NCBI GenBank assembly: GCA_963820825.1
Contig: CAWGBN010000006.1
Span: forward strand, 256,001-320,000
Reading direction: 5' to 3'
Origin: Vulcanimicrobiota bacterium
GTDB lineage: Bacteria > Vulcanimicrobiota > Vulcanimicrobiia > Vulcanimicrobiales > Vulcanimicrobiaceae
Length of the DNA stretch: 64,000 bases
Part shown: in pieces, positions 55,136 to 64,000 of the stretch
How positions within the stretch are numbered: the stretch's first letter is position 1
Layout of the letters: the number at the start of each line of letters is the position of its first letter
Notes under the pieces: generated by a model
The model's input: the letters and a program-made list of their open reading frames with translations, nothing else
Databases searched by the model: none
What the model was told of the DNA's origin: nothing
Position numbers and translations under genes: made by a program

Positions 55136-55158
55136 CTCGGCGACCAGGAGGTAAGATC

Positions 55159-55398
55159 GTGAGCAAAGATACGCTCGACAAAGCGGCCGACACCATCAAG
55201 CGAACCACCGACAACGTCAAGGATACGATTCACGAAGGGGAGCACCGTACTGCGGCCGAGGCCGAGCGCGCTCGAAGGGAGAGTTTGGGCGACGAGATGA
55301 CCGGTGGCGAAAAGGCGAAGTCGGTTTTGAACGAGGCAAAGCATCGCACGCAAGCCGAGATCGATGCGGCCAAGCGCGAAGTCAGAAATCGCACCTGA
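55159..55398 (+). CDS. Small hydrophilic CsbD/LEA-like stress protein
   Basis: AGGAGG RBS, GTG start, 79 aa, highly charged and helical. Confidence 0.7.
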   Translation: MSKDTLDKAADTIKRTTDNVKDTIHEGEHRTAAEAERARRESLGDEMTGGEKAKSVLNEAKHRTQAEIDAAKREVRNRT

Positions 55399-55416
55399 AG
55401 GCATCGTGATCGAAGC

Positions 55417-55449
55417 AAACGGCGCGCCGCATCAGCGACGCGCCGTTTT
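55417..55449. terminator. Intrinsic terminator between convergent genes
   Basis: AAACGGCGCG...CGCGCCGTTTT hairpin. Confidence 0.65.
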
Positions 55450-55464
55450 ACCATAGAGTCGGAT

Positions 55465-56754
55465 CTACGGACCGGGACCGAACTCCGCCGTGAACAAATA
55501 GACGCCATCTTCGGGAACGCAGTTCACGAGGCGGGGCGTATACGTCGATTCCTCGGCAGCCTTGAGCACGGCCCGATCCAGGTTGGCGTTGCCACTCGAG
55601 TGATAGACTCGAGCGCCTGCGGCCTTCCCGTTAGCGCCGACTTTGACGGCAACGATCGCCGAAACCTTATGCGTCGGCCACTCCGATTTCGGCAGGTGGG
55701 GCTCCGCGGGGTTGAGTGCTTGCGGCTCGGCGTTTGGATCTTTGCATGATACTGCAACGGTAGCCGCACCGTTCGTAGTAAGGGCATTGGCTCGCACCGG
55801 CACGGGAGCAAGACTCTGCAAGGCGACGGTCATGGCGACAAAGAGCATCGTAATCCCTCCAACGGCAGCGTAGTTGAGCTTGGCATCGGTCGGCGAACGG
55901 TCGGCCATGAGGCGCTCGATCCGGGTGACCAGCGAATGCCGTGAACCGAGCGCGCTCGGCGTCAGAAGCGGCGTGGCCGGCTCGTGGATGCGACGACCGA
56001 GCTGGGCGAGGCAGTTCGCGTAAGCGTGCGGCTCGCCAAGGCGTCCAACGGCCCAATCGTCGCAGGCGGCTTCGCGTTCGGCGGCGAGCCGACGGCCTAC
56101 GAAGTAGATCCACGGATTCCAAAAGAACGCGGCTTCGAGAAGTCGTTCCAATGCATTGGTCGTAACGTCACCGCGGCGAACGTGCGCCAGCTCGTGTTCG
56201 ATCGTGCATTGGAGATCTGCGGGCGAGAGCGCCTCCAGCAACTCGACCGGAATTGAAATTGCCGGCGCGAGTATACCGGCTGCGATCGGCATCGATAGAT
56301 CGCTCGAGGCAAGAACCGGGACGCGGTCGACCTGGGAAACGAGCTGTGCGCCATGCCGGAGCCGCGCGATGCGCGAGTAGCTCACCGATAAGCGTGCAAG
56401 GGCGAGCGCCGTTCCGGCGATCCAGAACGCAGTAATCGACCAAACGATGCTCGGGGCGCCGAGTATCGACGGTAACGCAAGCCGGCTCGCGTTTTGCTCG
56501 AGGGGACCGAAGGGGAGCAGCGAGAATGCGGGGCGACCGAATGGCGCGCCGTGCTCGAGCGCTGCAAAAATCGGCAAATGCCAATGGACGGTCGTCGACA
56601 GCAGCGGTACGGCGGCGAGCGAGAGTGCCGTTACGAACCATGCGGCGTAACGGGTCGCGGCGTTTCGCACGGGGACGAAGTGCAGCGTTAGGACGGTCAC
56701 GCCGGCGATGAGGGCGCCCTGCCAGAGTGCGCTTATGATGAAGGAGAGGATCAT
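55465..56754 (-). CDS. BlaR1/M56-family metallopeptidase fused to a TonB C-terminal-like domain
   Basis: HELAHVRRGD, FFWNP and REAACD motifs. C-terminal VKVGANG...SSGNANLDRAVL. Confidence 0.88.
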   Translation of the reverse strand: MILSFIISALWQGALIAGVTVLTLHFVPVRNAATRYAAWFVTALSLAAVPLLSTTVHWHLPIFAALEHGAPFGRPAFSLLPFGPLEQNASRLALPSILGAPSIVWSITAFWIAGTALALARLSVSYSRIARLRHGAQLVSQVDRVPVLASSDLSMPIAAGILAPAISIPVELLEALSPADLQCTIEHELAHVRRGDVTTNALERLLEAAFFWNPWIYFVGRRLAAEREAACDDWAVGRLGEPHAYANCLAQLGRRIHEPATPLLTPSALGSRHSLVTRIERLMADRSPTDAKLNYAAVGGITMLFVAMTVALQSLAPVPVRANALTTNGAATVAVSCKDPNAEPQALNPAEPHLPKSEWPTHKVSAIVAVKVGANGKAAGARVYHSSGNANLDRAVLKAAEESTYTPRLVNCVPEDGVYLFTAEFGPGP

Positions 56755-57137
56755 CGCGAGGCCTTTCGCTTACGGGAGAGCGCCTTTTGAATGCGCGCGA
56801 GATCGTCGTCGTCCAGCTTCTTGTCGTCGAGCAGCCGCAACGCGAGCTGGCCGGGCGAGTCTCCGAAGAATCGCCGCAGGAGGTGGCGCATTGCGGAATC
56901 CGCCGCTTGGCTCTGGGCAACGATCGGACGATAGATGAAGGCCCGGCCGTCCTCTTCGTGCGCGACGTAGCCTTTCTGCTCGAGGGTTCGCAGCGTCGTA
57001 AGAACGGTATTGTAGGCAAGCGGCGGTCTTCCGACTCGATCGGTCACTTCGGCGACGGTCGCGAGGCCGGCGCTCCAGAGCACGTCCATCAGCCGCAGTT
57101 CGTGATCGGTTAGTACCGGCGAGCGCTTACGCGACAT
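56751..57137 (-). CDS. BlaI/MecI/CopY-family repressor
   Basis: LTDHELRLMDVLW, LAYNTVLTTLRTLEQKG and GRAFIY motifs. Confidence 0.92.
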   Translation of the reverse strand: MSRKRSPVLTDHELRLMDVLWSAGLATVAEVTDRVGRPPLAYNTVLTTLRTLEQKGYVAHEEDGRAFIYRPIVAQSQAADSAMRHLLRRFFGDSPGQLALRLLDDKKLDDDDLARIQKALSRKRKASR

Positions 57138-57151
57138 CGAGCGACGGCACT

Positions 57152-57209
57152 TCAACTAGATTCATAGGTGTAAAGCCTACACCCACACCGCGCTCCTGTC
57201 AACTAGATT
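57152..57209 (-). promoter_or_regulatory. Sigma70-type promoter flanked by 11-bp direct repeats
   Basis: TTGACA (57202-57197), N17, TAGGCT (57179-57174). TCAACTAGATT at 57152 and 57199. Confidence 0.7.
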
Positions 57210-57210
57210 T

Positions 57211-58113
57211 CTAATAGTTTCGTTCCAGCGCGGCGCGGTCCCAGCCCGCGCGATCGGCAGCCGCCTCGTACGCGCTGGAAAAGAAATCGAGAATGCACTT
57301 GTCGGGATCTCCGGAGGTGCGCGCCGCTTCGTACGGCAGCAAGAACTCTCGAAGTTGATCGTTCCAAGCGGCCATCTCCGGTCGAATCGGCTCTTGTGCC
57401 AAACTCGGCGGAATGGGATAGATGTAGGCGTAGAGCATCGCGTCGAGGCCGAAACCGCCCGGCCAGAATCCGACGCTGAAGACTTCGCGCGAGTAGGCTT
57501 CGCGCGTTACCCAGTCGGGCAGGTTGGGGAAGCCGCCGGGATGCGGCGGTGCCGGCCTGCCCGAGAAGAGCGACGTGGCCAGATCGAAGCTGCCCCAAAA
57601 GAAGTGCGCCGGGCTCGCCTTGCCAAGAAATCCGGCACGAAAGATCTCGCTCGTGGCGGCGACTCGCAAGAGCACGCGCCAGAATCGCTGCGCGTACTCG
57701 GGGTCGTACGAGTGATGAACCGTGTCCTCGTCGAGCGGGATCGCCTCGGTAACTTCGTTCGGCTTGGTGTTGATCGCGATCGCGATGTCGAGTTCCGCGA
57801 GACTCTCCATCACGCCCGCATAGAACGCCGCGACGGTCATCGGCTCGAGCGCAAAAGCGGTACGCCCACCTTGCGAATCCTCGATGCGCAACTGTTGATC
57901 GATGAAGTCGAAGAGGATCTCGAAGGCGCGCGATTGGTAGGGCATCGCCGACGTGGTGAGGCCTCGTGCCGACGGATAGAGCGTGACGGCCCACCAGTGG
58001 TTCACCAGCGGTTCTCGTTTGAGCCGGATCTTGCCGACGATCTGCGTCCAGAGCTGGAGCGTCGTCAGCGTATCCTTCCAATCGTCGTAATGCAGCTCGG
58101 GCCAGGCTTCCAT
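57211..58113 (-). CDS. DUF5996-family protein
   Basis: TLQLWTQIVGKIRL, NHWW, GKASPAHFFWGSFDLA and GFWPG motifs. Confidence 0.8.
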   Translation of the reverse strand: MEAWPELHYDDWKDTLTTLQLWTQIVGKIRLKREPLVNHWWAVTLYPSARGLTTSAMPYQSRAFEILFDFIDQQLRIEDSQGGRTAFALEPMTVAAFYAGVMESLAELDIAIAINTKPNEVTEAIPLDEDTVHHSYDPEYAQRFWRVLLRVAATSEIFRAGFLGKASPAHFFWGSFDLATSLFSGRPAPPHPGGFPNLPDWVTREAYSREVFSVGFWPGGFGLDAMLYAYIYPIPPSLAQEPIRPEMAAWNDQLREFLLPYEAARTSGDPDKCILDFFSSAYEAAADRAGWDRAALERNY

Positions 58114-59370
58114 CTACAACCTCCGTTCGGCGCTTCGCACGTTCGTAATAACGGCCGCGCTTCCAAGCAACGCCGGGATGATTCCGAGCGCCGCGAGCGC
58201 CGCCAGCCCGCGCCACGCGGCGACGAAGCCGTGCGCCTCGGCGATCGCGCCGAAGATCGGCGGCGTCAATACCGCGGCGAGCAGCGTCCACGTGAGCCCG
58301 ACGCCGAGCGCGCTTCCCGAGTGCTCTTCGCCGCCGATCTCGGCAAAACCGATCACGCTCACTCCCAGCCATCCTTCAGCGGTGAAGCCGAGAACGATCG
58401 CGAGCGTTGCCGCCAGCCAGAGCGGCGTCGTGAGGCCGACGCCGGCGACGCCGAGCGCCACGAAGGCGACGAGCACGCAGACGACCGCGAGCGGCAAGGT
58501 TCGGCTTCCGCCAAAAATGTGATCGCTTATCCATCCCCAGGCAAGGCGTCCGGCGATCGCGGCGACTTGCGAGAGCGTAAAGAGCGCCACTGCCAAGGCG
58601 ACGCCGTAGCCACAGACGTGCACGAAGGTGAGCGTCAAGAAGCCCATCAGCGCGAACTGCGTGCAGATCAGGATCATCGAAGTAATCGTCAGCAAGATGA
58701 GGCGTCCCTCGCGTGCGATCGATACCATCTCGACGAGCATCGCACGAATCGAAATACGTTCGCCTTGCAGCTCGCGCGGCTCGCGATAGAGTGCCGACGC
58801 GATCCAGCACGCGCCGAGGGTGAGAATTCCCGCCGCGAGCAGCGCGCCGCGGTACTCAAAGCGCAGCGCTATCGCCGGCAGCAGCACCGAACCGATTGCG
58901 CCGGCGAGCGGAACTCCGCACTGGCGCACGCCCATCGCCAAACCGCGGTCGGCCTTCTTGAAGAAAAAGATGATCGCATGGCTCCCTGCCGGCGTCACCG
59001 CCGCGTAGCCGATCCCGTACATCAGCAGCCAAAAAAGGAGCCATGAATAGCTCTGCACCGTCGATGCGGCGATCAACGAAAGGCCCATGAAGACGCCGCT
59101 CCATAAGACGATCGCTTTATCGCCGAAACGATCGGTGAGCAGGCCCGCGACCGACGTCATCGCGACCGATCCAAGCATTTGAATCGAGAGTATGAGACCG
59201 AGCTGCGTCTGTCCGAGGTGGAGAGCCGAGGCGAAGAAGGTCATGAGCGAACCGGTGCCCACGATAAAGATCGACGCACCCACCATCGCGCCGGTGAAGA
59301 GCGCGAGCACTTCGTAGGGCGATTCGGGGATCGGATTATGGGGACGCGGGCGCCGCGTATGAGGGTGCAT
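58114..59370 (-). CDS. MFS transporter
   Basis: About 12 TM segments, GLLTDRFG, RGLAMG and WGWISD motifs. Confidence 0.85.
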   Translation of the reverse strand: MHPHTRRPRPHNPIPESPYEVLALFTGAMVGASIFIVGTGSLMTFFASALHLGQTQLGLILSIQMLGSVAMTSVAGLLTDRFGDKAIVLWSGVFMGLSLIAASTVQSYSWLLFWLLMYGIGYAAVTPAGSHAIIFFFKKADRGLAMGVRQCGVPLAGAIGSVLLPAIALRFEYRGALLAAGILTLGACWIASALYREPRELQGERISIRAMLVEMVSIAREGRLILLTITSMILICTQFALMGFLTLTFVHVCGYGVALAVALFTLSQVAAIAGRLAWGWISDHIFGGSRTLPLAVVCVLVAFVALGVAGVGLTTPLWLAATLAIVLGFTAEGWLGVSVIGFAEIGGEEHSGSALGVGLTWTLLAAVLTPPIFGAIAEAHGFVAAWRGLAALAALGIIPALLGSAAVITNVRSAERRL

Positions 59371-59393
59371 CGTCCTGAGGGTTTCTTCGCCCG

Positions 59394-59675
59394 ATGGCGG
59401 CGAAGCTGCCGGATGTGAACCGTCGTGACGAGCGCGCTCGTTATCTGGCGCTCTTCCTGATCGCGGCGCCGAGCGCGGCCATCGTCTGGTACGTCTTCCA
59501 CCTGGTCTACCAGAATCTGACCGCCACGGTGAAGGCGATCGGATACGTCGACTCGACGACGCAGGTCGGGATCGGGTTGGGCTACGTCGCGATGGTCGGC
59601 GGGACGCTCGTTCTTGCGGGGCTCGCTGCCTGGTCGGGGATCACCTATTTGATTATGCTTCGCCGCGACCGGTAA
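59394..59675 (+). CDS. Small membrane hypothetical protein
   Basis: Two TM segments, 3 nt before the DAG kinase gene. Confidence 0.6.
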   Translation: MAAKLPDVNRRDERARYLALFLIAAPSAAIVWYVFHLVYQNLTATVKAIGYVDSTTQVGIGLGYVAMVGGTLVLAGLAAWSGITYLIMLRRDR

Positions 59676-59678
59676 TCG

Positions 59679-60512
59679 GTGCGCGTCCGTCTCGTCGTCA
59701 ACCCCGCCGCGCGCCGCGCAACGCGGCTCGGAGATGCGGTTGCCGCGGAGCTGCATCGTCTCGGAATCGAGGTGACCGAGGCGGAATCAACGTCGAGCGC
59801 CATCGATGCAATCGTGGTCGCGGGGGGCGACGGCACGCTCGCCGGGCAGATTCCCCGCGCGCTGGCCATCGGCGTGCCGATCGGCCTGGTTCCGCTGGGC
59901 ACGTTCAACGATCTCGCCCGGGCGCTCGAGATACCGTTCTCGGTCGAGGCTGCGTGCGCGATCGTCGCGCAGGGTCGTACGCGGCCAATCGACGTCGCGC
60001 GCGTCAACGAGGCGTACTACGCGACCGAAGCGAGCGTCGGTATCTCGAGCCGAATCGCTCGTCTCCAGCGATCCGAAGATAAGCAGCGCTTCGGCTTCTG
60101 GGCGATCTTCGCGAGCATCTTCGCGGTGGCGCGCTACGCTCGGCCGTTTCACGTCGAGATTGCGTTCGAGGGAAGGCGCGAGCGCTTGCGCGCCGTCCAG
60201 TTGACGGTCGCCAACAGCCAGCATTTCGGGGGAATCATCACCGTCGACGATGCCGCGATCGACGACGGCTGGCTCGACTGCTACTGCGTCGAAGTCGATT
60301 CCATCGCAGCGTTTCTCTCTGTCGCGCGAGCGATCGTGACCGGCCGGCGTCACTCCGCACCCGGCTTGCGGACTTTTCGCGCGCGAAGCTTCGACGTGCG
60401 AATGCGCCGTCCGCATCGCATTACCGCCGACGGCGAGCCGGCCGGCAAGACGCCGGCCCGCTTCGAAGTCCTGCCGCGCGCAGTGCGCATCTTCGTACCG
60501 GAGCGGCCGTAA
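59679..60512 (+). CDS. Diacylglycerol/lipid kinase family protein (YegS/BmrU)
   Basis: VVNP, AGGDGT, PLGTFNDLAR and ADGE motifs. Confidence 0.9.
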   Translation: MRVRLVVNPAARRATRLGDAVAAELHRLGIEVTEAESTSSAIDAIVVAGGDGTLAGQIPRALAIGVPIGLVPLGTFNDLARALEIPFSVEAACAIVAQGRTRPIDVARVNEAYYATEASVGISSRIARLQRSEDKQRFGFWAIFASIFAVARYARPFHVEIAFEGRRERLRAVQLTVANSQHFGGIITVDDAAIDDGWLDCYCVEVDSIAAFLSVARAIVTGRRHSAPGLRTFRARSFDVRMRRPHRITADGEPAGKTPARFEVLPRAVRIFVPERP

Positions 60513-60601
60513 GCAACCGAGCGAAACGAGAGTGAAAACTTTCCGCTCGTCTGCGCGTATAACGTTCAAACGGAGATCAAAGCCCACGACAGGAGTGCGG
60601 T

Positions 60602-62017
60602 ATGAGCCTTTACGAATTCGGCCCATTTCAACTCGATGAGGCGCGCTTGCTCTTGCTCGAGCACGGTACGGCGACGCCGATTGGTCCGAAGGTCGTCGAA
60701 ACGCTCTTAGCCCTGATCGAGCACCCGGGCGAGCTCTTTTCGAAGGCCGACCTGCTCGCCCGCATCTGGCCTGAGGGGTACGTCGACGAAGCGAATCTCG
60801 CGCAGAACGTCTACGTGCTGCGCAAGACCCTCCGCCGGAGTTGGAACCTCGAAGCGATCGAGACGATTCCCCGGCGCGGATACCGCTTTACCGCGCCCGT
60901 TCGGCGCCGTGAGGATCCGCCTCGCCGCGAGCCGGTTCCGGCGGTACCGGCGCCTCCGGTTGCTCCGTCGTTGCGCCGCGGTTCGGCCCTCGCCGCGGTC
61001 TTCGCTCTGGCGCTGCTCGGCGGATCGGCACCGAACCTCTACCGCAGCGCCGCTGCACGGCCTGCCGCCGGCGTCAGCGCCCAGGATACGCGGCTCTATG
61101 CGATGGGCCGATACTATTGGAACCTTCGCTCGCGTGAGGGCATCTCCAAGAGCTTTCAATACTTCTCGCGCGTCCTTTCCAACGATGCGCGCGACGCGCG
61201 CGGATATGCCGGGCTGGCCTCGGCGAATGCAATTACGGCCGATTACGGTTATGGAAGCGCGCCGGCGCAGGTCGAGATCGCGCGCGCTCGCTCGTACGCG
61301 CACAAAGCGCTTGCCATCGATCCCGAGAACGCAGAGGCCTACGCGGTGCTCGGCTTCATCTCGTCGGGGGCGATGAAGAGCGCCGGCGGCGAGCGTCCCG
61401 AAGCACTCGCCGACTTGCGGCGCGCGATTGCGCTCGATCCTTCGAGCGGGACCGCGCACGAATGGTACGGCACCGCGCTCCTACGCCACGGACGGGTCGC
61501 CGAAGCGTACGCGGAACTCACGAAGGCGGCGCAGCTCGACCCGCTCTCGGTCGCAACGGCGTCCTGGCTTGGAACGACGGCCTACTATGAAGGTCACTAT
61601 CGCGACGCAATCGCCTTCGCTCGCGAGACGCTCGACCTCTCGCCGCAGCGAGCCGACGCGTACGAAACGCTGGGCCTTGCCTACGAAGCGCTCGGCGATC
61701 GAACCGACGCGGCCGCGAACTTCCGCCGCCTCGCAACGATCTGTTCCGACTGCAAGGCCGAGTCGGCCGCCCTCCTGAGCGCGCTCTACGCCCGAAGCAA
61801 TCGCATGGCACTCGCCCGCGCCGAGCTGGCGATCGCCCGAGCGAACCTCAACGAGGTGGAGCCTCAGAATCTCGCCCTCGCCCTCGAGGCCGTCGGCGAG
61901 CGCGGCGCGGCCCTGAGCTGGCTGCGGCGCGCCAGGAACATGAGCGGCTACGCCGCCATCGAGATCGCTACCGACCCGCGATTTGCCACCCTACGGCGCG
62001 CCTCGATAAACGGCTGA
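60602..62017 (+). CDS. CadC/ToxR-like winged-helix regulator with TM segment and TPR domain
   Basis: YEFGPFQLD, NLAQNVYVLRKTL and IETIPRRGYRF motifs, then TPRs. Confidence 0.85.
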   Translation: MSLYEFGPFQLDEARLLLLEHGTATPIGPKVVETLLALIEHPGELFSKADLLARIWPEGYVDEANLAQNVYVLRKTLRRSWNLEAIETIPRRGYRFTAPVRRREDPPRREPVPAVPAPPVAPSLRRGSALAAVFALALLGGSAPNLYRSAAARPAAGVSAQDTRLYAMGRYYWNLRSREGISKSFQYFSRVLSNDARDARGYAGLASANAITADYGYGSAPAQVEIARARSYAHKALAIDPENAEAYAVLGFISSGAMKSAGGERPEALADLRRAIALDPSSGTAHEWYGTALLRHGRVAEAYAELTKAAQLDPLSVATASWLGTTAYYEGHYRDAIAFARETLDLSPQRADAYETLGLAYEALGDRTDAAANFRRLATICSDCKAESAALLSALYARSNRMALARAELAIARANLNEVEPQNLALALEAVGERGAALSWLRRARNMSGYAAIEIATDPRFATLRRASING

Positions 62018-62028
62018 TCCCGAGGGGG

Positions 62029-62091
62029 TTGACAGGCCCGTACTAATAAGTTATCGTACTAGTGTACTAGTACGATAACTTAATGGTACTA
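62029..62091 (+). promoter_or_regulatory. Sigma70 promoter overlapped by a perfect 17-bp inverted repeat (putative GntR/YtrA operator)
   Basis: TTGACA-N17-TATCGT and TAAGTTATCGTACTAGT-GT-ACTAGTACGATAACTTA (62047-62082). Confidence 0.75.
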
Positions 62092-62113
62092 GACGCCTGA
62101 AAGGACTTCCCAG

Positions 62114-62227
62114 ATGATTCAGTCGACCTACGCACCCCAAGATTCCGTCCGCGAGACGCGTACCCCGGTGCGGCTTCCCGATCGCCGCTCGACCGAGCTC
62201 TTCCCCGGCTGGGGCCCGAAGTTCTAG
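62114..62227 (+). CDS. Putative small protein, 37 aa (MIQSTYAPQDSVRETRTPVRLPDRRSTELFPGWGPKF)
   Basis: AAGGA RBS 8 nt before ATG. Lies between the promoter and the GntR gene. Confidence 0.5.
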   Translation: MIQSTYAPQDSVRETRTPVRLPDRRSTELFPGWGPKF

Positions 62228-62260
62228 AGCCGTCCGCGTAAGCGAGTAGGTTCTCGTACG

Positions 62261-62659
62261 ATGCCGGCCGTCCTAACGGTTGATCCACGCAGCGGCGTGC
62301 CGATCTACCTGCAGATCATCGAGCAGATCAAACGATCGATCGCGCTTGGGATCTTGCAGTCAGGGGAGCAGCTTCCAACCGTGAAACAGCTCGCCGTCGA
62401 CCTCACCGTCAATCCGAACACCGTCGCGCGTGCCTACCGCGATTTGGAGCGCGACCAAGTGATCGAGACCGCTCCCGGACGCGGATCCTTCGTTCGCGCC
62501 GACGGCATTACCGAATCGCCGAAGGTGGCCGCGGAGATCGGCGGTGACGCACTCGACGTAGCGCTGCGCGAAGCAAAATCGGTTGGACTCTCGCGCGCAG
62601 ACGTGCACGAGCTCTTCGAAACCGCGCTGCAACGCTGGTACGGCGACCTTGAGAAGTGA
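62261..62659 (+). CDS. GntR-family regulator (YtrA subfamily)
   Basis: PIYLQIIEQIK, LPTVKQLA, NPNTVARAY and GRGSFV motifs, short C-terminus. Confidence 0.92.
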   Translation: MPAVLTVDPRSGVPIYLQIIEQIKRSIALGILQSGEQLPTVKQLAVDLTVNPNTVARAYRDLERDQVIETAPGRGSFVRADGITESPKVAAEIGGDALDVALREAKSVGLSRADVHELFETALQRWYGDLEK

Positions 62660-62665
62660 GTGAGC

Positions 62666-63577
62666 ATGAGTATCACGATTACAAATCTTCGTAAACTCTA
62701 CGGCAGAACCGCGGCCGTCGACGGCCTCACCCTGGAGATACCGGGCGGGAGCGTCTTCGGCTTGCTTGGGCCAAACGGCGCGGGTAAGACGACGACGTTC
62801 AAATGTATGCTCGACATGGCGCGTCAGACGAGCGGTGAGATTCTCTACGATGGAAAGCGGCTAGAACCCGCGACCTTCGAGCGGATCGCGTACGTTCCCG
62901 AGCGCAGCGTGCTCTACGACTGGCTGACCGTCGAGGAGCACGTCGAGATGAACCGCCGGGCGTTTACGAACTTCGAGCCGGCTCGCGCCTTCGAATTGCT
63001 CGCGACCTTCAACATCGACCGCCGAAAGCGCGCGCGAACGCTCTCGAAAGGGATGAGGACCGCCGTGATGGTGGCAACCGCCTTCGCGCGAAACGCCGAG
63101 ATTCTCGTGCTCGACGAGCCGACGGGCGGGCTCGACCCGGTCAACCAGCGTCACGTGCTGAGCCTGATGATCAACGAAGCGGCAAAGGGAAACTCGGTGA
63201 TCTTCTCATCGCACCAAATCGGCCAGGTCGAGCGCGCGGCCGAGCACATCGCGGTCATGGACCGCGGGCGGCTCGTTCTGCAAGGAACCGTCGACGATTT
63301 GAAGGCCGATCGCAAGATCGTCGAAGGCATCTTTCCCGACCTCAACTTTACGCTCGACGGAATCGCGAACGATCCGCACGTCGCGCGCGCCGACCGCACC
63401 GAACGCATCGTCCGGCTGCTGGTTACGAGCTGTGCCGACGAGCTGGCCTCGCGTCTCTCGGCCGCCGGCGCCGTGGGCGTGCGAGTGCTCGACCTCAATC
63501 TCGAAGATATCTTTCTATACGCGGTCTCGCCGGCGACGGCGACCGCGGACGTCGTCGCAAAAGAAAGCTCGTCATGA
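62666..63577 (+). CDS. ABC transporter ATP-binding protein
   Basis: GPNGAGKTT, LSKGM, LDEPT and SSH motifs. Confidence 0.93.
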   Translation: MSITITNLRKLYGRTAAVDGLTLEIPGGSVFGLLGPNGAGKTTTFKCMLDMARQTSGEILYDGKRLEPATFERIAYVPERSVLYDWLTVEEHVEMNRRAFTNFEPARAFELLATFNIDRRKRARTLSKGMRTAVMVATAFARNAEILVLDEPTGGLDPVNQRHVLSLMINEAAKGNSVIFSSHQIGQVERAAEHIAVMDRGRLVLQGTVDDLKADRKIVEGIFPDLNFTLDGIANDPHVARADRTERIVRLLVTSCADELASRLSAAGAVGVRVLDLNLEDIFLYAVSPATATADVVAKESSS

Positions 63578-64000
63578 ACTACGTTGAATGGCTGCGCGTT
63601 CGAAACTTGCTCAAGATCGTTGCGATCATTCTAGTCGTCTTGGTCGTCCTCGCCGTGATTCTTCGAATCTCCTTCGCGCGCTACATGTCGCCGGACGCGT
63701 GGGTCGCGCACGTGACGATGGATCCCGGAACGAAGGTCTCCCATACGGTTCTTCCCGACGGTACCAAGCGCACGATCATCGACGATCCCACCGAACAGAC
63801 GCACGTGATCATCGACGATCATGGGTATGCCGGCAAGCACATCGTCGTTACGGAGCCCTCGAGCCGCGCACACTCGGATCATTCGAAGATGAACGTCGGG
63901 AGCATCCACGTGATCGAGTCGAACCACGGCACGATGACCACCACCGTGATCGACACCAACGGCTCGGTTCCGATGATGTACTACATGGCGATCGCCGACG
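63574..64000 (+). CDS. Probable ABC permease / membrane protein (runs off window end)
   Basis: ATG overlaps the ATPase stop. MNYVEWLRVRNLLKIVAIILVVLVVLAVIL... stays open to the window edge. Confidence 0.65.
   Translation, partial: MNYVEWLRVRNLLKIVAIILVVLVVLAVILRISFARYMSPDAWVAHVTMDPGTKVSHTVLPDGTKRTIIDDPTEQTHVIIDDHGYAGKHIVVTEPSSRAHSDHSKMNVGSIHVIESNHGTMTTTVIDTNGSVPMMYYMAIAD

Overview
GC-rich bacterial chromosome segment. The lineage looks most like Candidatus Eremiobacterota/Vulcanimicrobiota; this is inference from diderm genes (LptA-like protein, TonB receptor) combined with Firmicutes-like gene order and several beta-propeller lipoproteins. 1-24 kb is core: rpiB, glyA, dCMP deaminase, tagO/wecA-like, wecB, a complete F1Fo atp operon, murA, mreB, a Sua5/YrdC-like gene, rarA, a cysteine desulfurase, a SigB/RsbV/RsbW stress cluster and alaS. 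24-35 kb holds membrane proteins, NHEJ genes (ligD, polymerase domain, ku), an MFS transporter, a HtrA-like protease and tRNA-Leu(CAG). 35-51 kb is accessory: two large STAND-type regulators beside secreted propeller lipoproteins, a TonB-dependent receptor and a two-domain multicopper oxidase. 51-64 kb holds zwf/gnd, a cyclophilin, BlaI/BlaR1-TonB, MFS, a DAG kinase and a GntR/ABC operon. Several genes carry single-base frameshifts that are probably assembly errors. Best leads: (1) a membrane leader protein ending in a RAPP ribosome-arrest motif, with competing Shine-Dalgarno-sequestering RNA pairings, directly upstream of the TonB receptor; (2) four promoters sharing CGGCACG-N4-CGGCACG-N9-TAnnnT around a SARP-STAND regulator; (3) a candidate ~80-nt sRNA with a Pho-box-like promoter; (4) palindromic repeats embedded in essential genes; (5) a 37-aa ORF ahead of the GntR/ABC operon.
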